Source: Bdellovibrionales bacterium
GTDB taxonomy: Bacteria > Bdellovibrionota > Bdellovibrionia > Bdellovibrionales > UBA1609
Assembly: GCA_965199825.1 (NCBI GenBank)
Contig: OZ241329.1
Location: 928,001-992,000, forward strand
Direction: 5' to 3'
DNA length: 64,000 nucleotides
The translations under genes were made by a program, and so were the position numbers. Positions within the stretch are counted from its first letter, which is position 1, and every line of letters begins with the position of its first letter. The notes beneath the pieces were generated by a model. That model had not been told where the DNA came from, did not search any database, and saw only the letters and a program-made list of their open reading frames with translations. This document shows, in pieces, positions 56,595 to 64,000 of the stretch.

Positions 56595-57955
56595 AGCATG
56601 GGGTGAACGATGGTTTCGAACTCTCGTCGAATTTCATCTAGGGCATTTTGTGAGTTGGCTTCATAGCGTAAACACAAAACGGGTTGGGTGTTGCTGGCTC
56701 GTGCGAGGGCCCAGCCATTCTGGTAACTGATGCGAATGCCATCAATTAAATTTGTTTTTAGTTTTTGGGTTTCAAAATGTGCTTTTAAGGCTGTGACGAT
56801 CGCATGCTTTTTTTCTTCGGTGGTGTCGATGCGAATTTCGGGAGTGCTAAAGGCCTTTGGTAAATCGCCGATGAGCTCGGGCAAAGTTTTTCCCGACTGT
56901 GATAAGATCTCAAGAACTCTGAGGCCCGCGTAGGGGGCGTCGTCGTAACCATAGTTTCTGTCGGCAAAAAACACATGACCGCTGAGCTCTCCTCCGAATG
57001 GAGATTTTGATTCTTTGATTTTTTCTTTCACCAAGCTGTGACCCGATTTCCACATGACAGGGATGCCTTTGTGTTGAGCGATATCGGTAAAAATTCGATC
57101 GGAGCATTTCACATCGGCAATAATCGGTTGATTGGGTTTTTCTTTTAAAATAGCCCGACTGATCAGAGCAATCATCTCATCACCGGGAAGAATTTCTCCG
57201 CGGTGGTCCACTAAACCGATACGGTCGGCATCGCCATCAAAACCTATCCCTAAGACTGCGCCTGTTTGTTTCACGCGTTCAATCAAATGCACCAAATTTT
57301 CGGGGACTGTGGGATCGGGGTGATGATTGGGAAAGCGCCCATCGGGTTCTTCAAACATAATGTCAACGTCGAGACCTAGAGTCTCGCGGTAAAGCTTTCG
57401 CACAATCACGCCGGCTGCACCATTGCCGCAATCAACAACAATTTTTAGCGGCTTTAAATGTTCGAATTCTTTTTTGTATCGTTTGAGATACTGCGGAAAA
57501 ATATCATATTCTTTTGTGCTTCCTGAGCCCTTTACAAAATCTTTGCTCGCAATAATATCTCTGAGCTCCAAAATGTCTGCACCATAAATGGTCGATGTTC
57601 CACAGCTGATTTTAAATCCATTGTAGTTTGCAGGGTTGTGACTGCCTGTCACCATCACTGCGCCGTTCACTCCAGGAATATTAAAGGTCGAAAAATAAGA
57701 CATGGGGGTTGTCACTTGCCCAAGCGTAAGAACATCAATCCCCGAGGCATTGAAGCCATCGGTGAGAGCTTTTGTGAGTGAAGGACTCGACAATCTCGCA
57801 TCATACCCGATGGTCACCGTTTTTTTGCCAGGTCCTTGGCGGCGATTGAGAAATGTCGAAAAAGCTTGAGCCAACAGTGTGGCAAAGTCTTCGTCAAACT
57901 GTTCGCGATAAACGCCTCGAATGTCGTATTCACGGAAAATAACTGGATCCATCAT
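56591..57955 (-). CDS. Phosphomannomutase/phosphoglucomutase (AlgC-like)
   Basis: FREYDIRG, VTGSHNP, FDGDADR, GELSGH, ASNTQP. Confidence 0.95.
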   Translation of the reverse strand: MMDPVIFREYDIRGVYREQFDEDFATLLAQAFSTFLNRRQGPGKKTVTIGYDARLSSPSLTKALTDGFNASGIDVLTLGQVTTPMSYFSTFNIPGVNGAVMVTGSHNPANYNGFKISCGTSTIYGADILELRDIIASKDFVKGSGSTKEYDIFPQYLKRYKKEFEHLKPLKIVVDCGNGAAGVIVRKLYRETLGLDVDIMFEEPDGRFPNHHPDPTVPENLVHLIERVKQTGAVLGIGFDGDADRIGLVDHRGEILPGDEMIALISRAILKEKPNQPIIADVKCSDRIFTDIAQHKGIPVMWKSGHSLVKEKIKESKSPFGGELSGHVFFADRNYGYDDAPYAGLRVLEILSQSGKTLPELIGDLPKAFSTPEIRIDTTEEKKHAIVTALKAHFETQKLKTNLIDGIRISYQNGWALARASNTQPVLCLRYEANSQNALDEIRREFETIVHPML

Positions 57956-58779
57956 GAAAGTGTCCTTGCCCACGCGAGGGCTGAAATCATCGAGCCGGGA
58001 TCGGCTTTGCCAGTATTAAAAATATCTTTTGCAGTTCCATGATCCACGCTCGTGCGCAAAAATGGAATCCCTAAAGTCAGATGAGTACCTTCTGAGAAAG
58101 TATGAAGCGCTTTAAAAGGGATCAAGCCTTGGTCATGGTAAAGAGCAACATAAACACTATAATTAAATTTTTGAAAAGCCACATCAGGAACGAGCGGCCC
58201 TTCAACATTTTTGAATTTTTTAATCCAAGATCGAATATTGAGATCTTCTTTGCCGATATTGCCGTTTTCTCCGGAGTGAGGATTTAAGCCTAAAATTCCC
58301 ACTGGCTTTTTTAGTTTCAAACGGGATCGTAGTTTAAGGGCAAAATCTAAACTGTCGCAAATCAGACTTTCATCAATCGAATTTGAAACCTTTGAGATTG
58401 GAATATGCCCGGTTGCTAAAATCACATGGAAGCGAGTTCCTAAAAAACACATTTGAACCCGACGGCTTTGACTCACCTTTTGCAAAATCTCGGTGTGTCC
58501 TGTGGGATTTTTTGACATGGGCCCTGTGATGAGAGCTCGATACTGTTTTTTAAGACAAAGCTCGGCGGCCTCTTTGACCCATTGAGCGGGAGCATCGGTG
58601 CGGATGAGGAGTTCGACATTTTTGAGTTTCAGCAGTTTTTTTTGCCACGCCGAGCTTTTGTATTCTGATGCATATACAAGATAGCGATCGCCACTAGGCG
58701 CGGCTTCAAGTGCTTTTGTTGTGATCTCAAGTCCAATGCCATCCACATCGCCCGTGGTGATGGCAAATGGGGTTTTCAT
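57952..58779 (-). CDS. pdxA: 4-hydroxythreonine-4-phosphate dehydrogenase
   Basis: GDVDGIGLEI, GHTE, GLNPHSGE, YHDQGLIPFK, RTSVDHGTA. Confidence 0.92.
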   Translation of the reverse strand: MKTPFAITTGDVDGIGLEITTKALEAAPSGDRYLVYASEYKSSAWQKKLLKLKNVELLIRTDAPAQWVKEAAELCLKKQYRALITGPMSKNPTGHTEILQKVSQSRRVQMCFLGTRFHVILATGHIPISKVSNSIDESLICDSLDFALKLRSRLKLKKPVGILGLNPHSGENGNIGKEDLNIRSWIKKFKNVEGPLVPDVAFQKFNYSVYVALYHDQGLIPFKALHTFSEGTHLTLGIPFLRTSVDHGTAKDIFNTGKADPGSMISALAWARTLS

Positions 58780-59723
58780 CCTTCGTTGACCTTGATAAAC
58801 GCATCTCGCCTTTTTTGGGTTAGCCACATTCGAAATTGTTTTTTAAAGGCATCGGTCATCAACGAATTAAAAAGTTGTTCCTTTTCTTTTTCGTACTCAG
58901 GGTTGGCAATCTGATTTTTTGCCACCAGTTTAAAAATATGAAAGCCGGCTTTTGTTTTTACAATCTGCGAGGTCTCACCCACTTTTAAATTGCTGATGGC
59001 GGCATTCATCTCGGGTGTCATCTCGCCAGATCTAAAAGTTCCGAATAATCCATCAGAAGACTCTGAGGTATCGTCAGAGTAATTGGCCACAAGTTTTTCA
59101 AAACTCATTTCACGAGCTTTGATTCTTTTTTGAACTTTTTCGGCACGAGCCTTGGCATCAGCTTCCCCTTTTTTTTGGGGCAAAAACAAAATGTGAGCGA
59201 TGGTATACTCGTTAATTTTTTCTGGTCCTTTTCCCTTTTGGGCCGAATAGGCCGCCCCTAAATCTTCTTCTGAAACTTTGATTTTCCCGCGCACCTCGCG
59301 ATCGATCAACGAATGGCGCTCAAGACTTGTGCGTATAAAATCTTGATACTCTGAGAACACCACCCCGTTCTCCTGCAAAGCTTGCTTGAGTTGGGCACGG
59401 GTTACGTTTTTTTGGGTCGAAATATTTCGAATCTCTTGTTCGACCTGTTCAACTGTGGCTGAGAGGTTTTTTTTCTTCACCTCAGAGTCCATGATTTTTT
59501 CATCAATCATGTAATCGACTAAATTTTTTCGGTCTTTGAGAAGAGCTTTGGGATCATTGAGTCGGAGTAAGGCATCGTCCACCAGCCCGCCGGTCTCTAA
59601 TTTTTTATGCAATTTTTCGACATCGGATTCGGTGACGATCTCTTCGTTTACGATGGCAACCACGTGTTCAATAATTTCGGCCGAGCTTAACGTGGTTAAA
59701 ACAAAAAATAAAAAAGCGGACAT
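58776..59723 (-). CDS. surA: SurA-like peptidyl-prolyl isomerase/chaperone
   Basis: VVAIVNEEIVTESDV SurA N-domain, parvulin domain (AHIL, YSDD, GFHIFK); precedes pdxA. Confidence 0.85.
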   Translation of the reverse strand: MSAFLFFVLTTLSSAEIIEHVVAIVNEEIVTESDVEKLHKKLETGGLVDDALLRLNDPKALLKDRKNLVDYMIDEKIMDSEVKKKNLSATVEQVEQEIRNISTQKNVTRAQLKQALQENGVVFSEYQDFIRTSLERHSLIDREVRGKIKVSEEDLGAAYSAQKGKGPEKINEYTIAHILFLPQKKGEADAKARAEKVQKRIKAREMSFEKLVANYSDDTSESSDGLFGTFRSGEMTPEMNAAISNLKVGETSQIVKTKAGFHIFKLVAKNQIANPEYEKEKEQLFNSLMTDAFKKQFRMWLTQKRRDAFIKVNEG

Positions 59724-60674
59724 CTATTCCTCACTCTTCGTCTCCGCCTTGATTCGTCCAATAAAAACTTCATCGCGAAAGACATGGGCTTTGCGAACTT
59801 GCGACTCGAGCCACTGGGCATAGAGCGCTTGCTCGCGTTTTTCAACCAGTTGGCGCTTGATACGCAACTTTACCTCCTCAAGAGGCATGGCTTGGCTTCG
59901 TCTTTTATCTAATACTTCGAAGATATGGTAGCCAAAGTCGCTTTTTAAGATGGGACTGCGCTGGCCCTTGTCCATTTTGAAGCCTTGGTCAAAAATTTCT
60001 AGGGTGCCACGATCAATCCAGCCGGTATCGCCGCCTTTTTTACCTTCAGGTGTGAGCGAAAATTTTGGGGCAAGTTCTTTGAGCGTTCGCCCTTTTTTGA
60101 TTTCTTCAAGCACCGCTTCGGCATCATTTTCGCTGCTTAAGACCACTTGGCGCAGACGAATTTGTTCAGGAATCAGATAGTCGGCTTTGCTTGCTTTATA
60201 AACCGCAGCGATTTCCTCGCTTGTGGGCTCACTGGTTTTTGCCAAATGCTGCACGATCAATCGATTGAGAAGAGTCATCCGAATCTTTTCGGACCATTCG
60301 TTAAAATTGATATTTTGTTCTGCTAATGATTTTCGAAAACTTTCGTCGTCGGGATAGTTGCTGCGGATCGAATTGATCTCGCTATCAAGATCTTCTTTTT
60401 TTACCAATAAGCCTTCGGTACGGGCGTAATCTTCAGAGATCGCTTGGATAATAAAATCTTTTAAAATTTGATCTTTGATTTGCTCAAGATGTTTTTGATC
60501 TTTGACTGTAAGGGCATCATACAGCCTGAGGTGCCGGGCAAGGCTTTCTGCAAAAACCTTGGCGGTGATTTCGTGATCGTTTACTTTGAGTATGACATGC
60601 TCGCTGGCTTCGTTGCGGTGGCGAGTGCAACCGATCAAGCCAATGAGCGCGAGGCTTAAAAAAAGCTTACTCAA
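59724..60674 (-). CDS. Parvulin-type PPIase lipoprotein
   Basis: LIGC lipobox, GGDTGWI, SDFGYHIF; TTG start inferred. Confidence 0.85.
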   Translation of the reverse strand: MSKLFLSLALIGLIGCTRHRNEASEHVILKVNDHEITAKVFAESLARHLRLYDALTVKDQKHLEQIKDQILKDFIIQAISEDYARTEGLLVKKEDLDSEINSIRSNYPDDESFRKSLAEQNINFNEWSEKIRMTLLNRLIVQHLAKTSEPTSEEIAAVYKASKADYLIPEQIRLRQVVLSSENDAEAVLEEIKKGRTLKELAPKFSLTPEGKKGGDTGWIDRGTLEIFDQGFKMDKGQRSPILKSDFGYHIFEVLDKRRSQAMPLEEVKLRIKRQLVEKREQALYAQWLESQVRKAHVFRDEVFIGRIKAETKSEE

Positions 60675-61482
60675 TGTCCTTAACGGCGGATTTATTGACT
60701 TCAATTTTGTAGCTCTTTTTAAGATTTGCAAAGAAGCCGTCAAAGAGATTTTTTCTTTTATCATCAAAAACGGCTGCTCGAATTTGTCTGCGATTTGCTT
60801 GATCAAAGGTGTGCTTTCCGAGCATTTTGATAATGTGATAACCATAACGAGTTCTTACAAGGCCTGACACCTCACCGGTTCGCATTTTAAGTGCCGCATC
60901 GTAATACTGAGGAACAAGACTCGTACGGGATTGGAATCCGATATCGCCCTTATTATTTTTGCTTAAAACATCATCCGAATAGAGTTTAACGAGCTCTTCA
61001 AATGGACGTTTGCTCTTTTTAACTTCCTCTAGAATTTCTTTGGCGCGCTTTTCAGCAATGGCTGTGTCCTCGACCGAAATATCTTTTTTCATTTCGATTA
61101 AGATATGCTCGGTGTGAACTTCAGGATTTTTTTCGTAAAAGCCGCGCATCTCACCTTCGGTGACTTTGATTTGATTTACTTTTTCGCCAATCGCTTTTTC
61201 GATCAGCAATTTGTACATCGCTTGTCGGGTTTGATCTTTTACAAAAGGGTCATCTTGAAGCTTTTGTTTTTCTGCCTCTTGCACACCGACTTCGTAGCGC
61301 ACGAGATCTTCGATAAAATATTCGGGAGGTGGAGCGTTGATCGCTTGCTTTTTAACTTCATCAAACTTTTGTTTGAATTCTTGGAGGGTGATGGTTTTTT
61401 TTCCCACGACCGCAACTGTCTGGGCAAAGGATGAAACTGCAAAAAAACTGAATAAAATCAAACTTTGAATTCGCATGCTCAA
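60667..61482 (-). CDS. Periplasmic parvulin-type PPIase
   Basis: Signal peptide, EHILI, YSDD, GDIGF, TRYGYHIIK. Confidence 0.9.
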   Translation of the reverse strand: MSMRIQSLILFSFFAVSSFAQTVAVVGKKTITLQEFKQKFDEVKKQAINAPPPEYFIEDLVRYEVGVQEAEKQKLQDDPFVKDQTRQAMYKLLIEKAIGEKVNQIKVTEGEMRGFYEKNPEVHTEHILIEMKKDISVEDTAIAEKRAKEILEEVKKSKRPFEELVKLYSDDVLSKNNKGDIGFQSRTSLVPQYYDAALKMRTGEVSGLVRTRYGYHIIKMLGKHTFDQANRRQIRAAVFDDKRKNLFDGFFANLKKSYKIEVNKSAVKDIE

Positions 61483-61525
61483 GCCCCCGCTATTGACGCT
61501 TAAAAAAAAAGGCTAGCATCGCCAA

Positions 61526-62173
61526 TTAAAATTTAGCAATGGTTTGAGCAGCCTGCTGGCTTGCGTAAAAGATCTGTGAACGAAGGTCTTGAGCGCGCTC
61601 TAAACTCCGCGTTTGATCTTTCGCGGTGATGTATTCCACCGGGGTTGAAAAATTCACCACCACTCGAGCAAAAGGATAAGGGAGCAAAGCTTTATTCCAT
61701 GCCTTATGAAAAACATAACCCGAAGAGACCGCCACACCGACCGGAATGATTGCGGCTCCCGACTTCCAAGCGATTTCAAAAACTCCGGGCTTTACCTGAT
61801 GAATGGGACCCTTGGGTCCGTCAACCGCGATGGAGGCGTGGTAGCCCTCGCGAATCAATCGCAAGAGTCCGATCAATGCACCCACTCCACCACGCGTGGA
61901 GGAACCTCGGCTAGTGGCTCCGCCGAGGCGCTTTAAAACAAAATCGATCAGAGCTCCGTCGGTGCTTGTTGAAGTCATGGTTGCGATTCGATATCGAGTT
62001 GTGAGCGGCACAACGCTCAACTCATCGCCATGCCAATGAGCAAAGATAAATGGTTTGTTGTTTTTTAAAAGTTCAACGAGCTCATCCGACTCGAGCACGT
62101 GCATCCGCCACGTCCAACTCCATGCACGATAAATAAACCAAACAATCCACGGCAAGATATAATGGCGAAACAT
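61526..62173 (-). CDS. DUF374 / lysophospholipid acyltransferase-like protein
   Basis: FAHWHG, S.S.DG, RGSSTRGG, DGPKGP, W....LPYPF. Confidence 0.85.
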   Translation of the reverse strand: MFRHYILPWIVWFIYRAWSWTWRMHVLESDELVELLKNNKPFIFAHWHGDELSVVPLTTRYRIATMTSTSTDGALIDFVLKRLGGATSRGSSTRGGVGALIGLLRLIREGYHASIAVDGPKGPIHQVKPGVFEIAWKSGAAIIPVGVAVSSGYVFHKAWNKALLPYPFARVVVNFSTPVEYITAKDQTRSLERAQDLRSQIFYASQQAAQTIAKF

Positions 62174-63130
62174 CTATTGCAGTTTCTTAACGGCTTCGGT
62201 GAGCTTTGGAATAATTTCGAACAAATCGCCAACGAGACCATAAGTCGCTTTTTGAAAAATCGGCGCATCGGCATCTTTGTTGATTGCCACAATCACCTTA
62301 CTCGAACTCATTCCGGCCATATGTTGAATCGCGCCAGAAATTCCAACCGCCACATAAAGAGTCGGCGCGACCGTTTTACCGGTTTGCCCCACTTGCATTG
62401 TATGTGAAACCCAACCCGCATCTACCACCGCTCGAGATGCGCCCACCGTGGCATGAAGAACTTCGGCTAAATCCTCAAGCAATTTAAAATTGGAGGCCTC
62501 TTTAAGTCCGCGTCCACCAGAAACGATCGTGTTGGCCTCGGTAAGATCGGGTTTGCCCATCTCACCTTTTTCAACAGATTTAGTAATTGTTTTTTGAGCC
62601 TCAGAAAATCCCGACACCACTTTGACTTCAAGTTCTTGGCTGCCCGTAGGCTCTTCGGCAGGAATTTGATTGGGTCTGAGCAACACAATTTGTAAGGGGC
62701 TGTCGACAAATTCGATTTCAGCTGTGCACTTGCCGGAGTAAAAAGGTTTTCGCGCAATCACTTTATCTGCAGTGAGTTCGAGCGTGGTGCAATCACTGGC
62801 AATTCCACTTTTAAATCGCGCCGCCACTCGAGGAAATAAATCTTTTGCCAAAAGACTGGAGGATGCAAGTACGACCTGTGGCTTTGATTCTTCGATAATT
62901 TTTGCGGTCACATTGCTAAACAATTCTGAGTTATAGTCTTTAAGCGCATCTTGAGCCCAATATTCTTTAACTCCATAACCCGACAGTTGATCTTTAAGAG
63001 TGCTTGCACCCTGACCCACAGCAAATGCGGCGATTGGGCGGCCCGATTTTTTTGCCAAGGTCAGGAGTTCTTTTGCACTTTTTTTGAGTTGGCCGTTGAG
63101 GTGCTCACAAAAAATTAAAACTTTCGACAT
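62174..63130 (-). CDS. etfA: Electron transfer flavoprotein alpha
   Basis: VSGGRG, GASRAVVDAGW, QVGQTGK, GISGAIQH. Confidence 0.97.
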   Translation of the reverse strand: MSKVLIFCEHLNGQLKKSAKELLTLAKKSGRPIAAFAVGQGASTLKDQLSGYGVKEYWAQDALKDYNSELFSNVTAKIIEESKPQVVLASSSLLAKDLFPRVAARFKSGIASDCTTLELTADKVIARKPFYSGKCTAEIEFVDSPLQIVLLRPNQIPAEEPTGSQELEVKVVSGFSEAQKTITKSVEKGEMGKPDLTEANTIVSGGRGLKEASNFKLLEDLAEVLHATVGASRAVVDAGWVSHTMQVGQTGKTVAPTLYVAVGISGAIQHMAGMSSSKVIVAINKDADAPIFQKATYGLVGDLFEIIPKLTEAVKKLQ

Positions 63131-63140
63131 AACACGCCTC

Positions 63141-63914
63141 TTATATCACTTTGGCTTCATCACGAAGCAGTTGAACAAGTTGAGATGCAATTTGATCGGG
63201 CTCACCGGTCAAGATTTTTGCGGGCGCTTTATCTGGTGGAAGCTCAAAGTTTTTGTAACGAACTTTGATTCCACCTTGTAAGCCCAAACTCTGAAATCCA
63301 ATTTCACGCAGGGGTTTTTTCTTAGCCTTCATAATACCCGGAAGGCTGGCGTAGCGAGGAGTATTGAGTCCTTTGTTACATGCGATAACACAAGGGAGTT
63401 GAAGCTCAATTTTTTCGCGCGTGCCCCCTTCGACTTCGCGCTCAACTTCGGCCTTTTCGTTTGTCAAAACACATCTACTTACAACGGTGGCGTGGGGAAT
63501 CTGAAGCTCTTCGGCAACCATCTGGCTCACCGCCGACATTGTATCATCAATGGCGGTGCGACCCGAAAACACAACCCGATAGGGACCCTCTTGCGCAATC
63601 ACCTTGGCAACGGCTTGCGCTGTCGTCCAAGAATCAAGAGTCTCATCGGTATCGATAACAATCGCTTCATCGCAGCCCATTGCAAGTGCAGTTCGAAGTG
63701 CGTCTGAAGTTCTCTTTTTAGGACCAAGCGAAAGTGCAACACAAACACTCTCAGGACTGGACTCCTTGGTCTTGATTGCTTCTTCGATTGCAAATTCATC
63801 ATATGGGTTTATCACCCACTTGATATCTGCCTCTTCGATTCCTGATTTGTCTGATTTTAATTTTATTTTTGTTTCGAGGTCTGGCACTTGTTTTAAAAGA
63901 ACGTATATTTTCAT
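63141..63914 (-). CDS. etfB: Electron transfer flavoprotein beta
   Basis: KQVPD, INPYDEFAIEEA, ALAMGCD, PRYASLPGIMKAKKK. Confidence 0.97.
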   Translation of the reverse strand: MKIYVLLKQVPDLETKIKLKSDKSGIEEADIKWVINPYDEFAIEEAIKTKESSPESVCVALSLGPKKRTSDALRTALAMGCDEAIVIDTDETLDSWTTAQAVAKVIAQEGPYRVVFSGRTAIDDTMSAVSQMVAEELQIPHATVVSRCVLTNEKAEVEREVEGGTREKIELQLPCVIACNKGLNTPRYASLPGIMKAKKKPLREIGFQSLGLQGGIKVRYKNFELPPDKAPAKILTGEPDQIASQLVQLLRDEAKVI

Positions 63915-64000
63915 TTGCTAACTCTTGTTGGCGGTTGAATGATGCGTAGACGTCATTTGAATTGTCAGGTAGGATTTTGCTGCACTTAAAATGAATGTCA

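Noticed and set aside
59724..60845. Long gene overlaps implied by the ORF track (also nuoA, parB, rnpA, yidD, gyrB, 26729-27601)
   Set aside because: These are longest-ORF artefacts; downstream starts with SD, signal or lipobox features remove the overlaps

Overview
Replication-origin region of a bacterial chromosome, most likely Bdellovibrionota or a related deltaproteobacterial lineage (inferred from gene order: split ATP synthase and complex I operons, bactofilin behind parB). oriC lies between dnaA and dnaN. Left of it are rpmH-rnpA-yidD-yidC-jag-mnmE-mnmG-rsmG-parA-parB-bactofilin-atpF'FHAGDC, selD-selU, an SPFH pair, mfd, nuoAHJKLMN and lon. Right of it are dnaN-recF-gyrB-gyrA-atpZIBE, then etfBA, three parvulin PPIases, pdxA and a phosphomannomutase. 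The main unexplained signal is a 10-bp motif TGRRTAGTCA. I found 13 exact copies by eye, all in three tight clusters: upstream of an orphan wHTH/coiled-coil gene (8518-9012), inside the 3' end of parA just before parB, and bracketing a perfect parS site. This suggests a second centromere-like protein/site system linked to ParABS. Other signals are a five-copy hairpin repeat family with covarying stems (54855-56594), an 18-bp tandem repeat and a stand-alone secretin N-domain protein. No CRISPR array, rRNA, tRNA or transposase was recognised.
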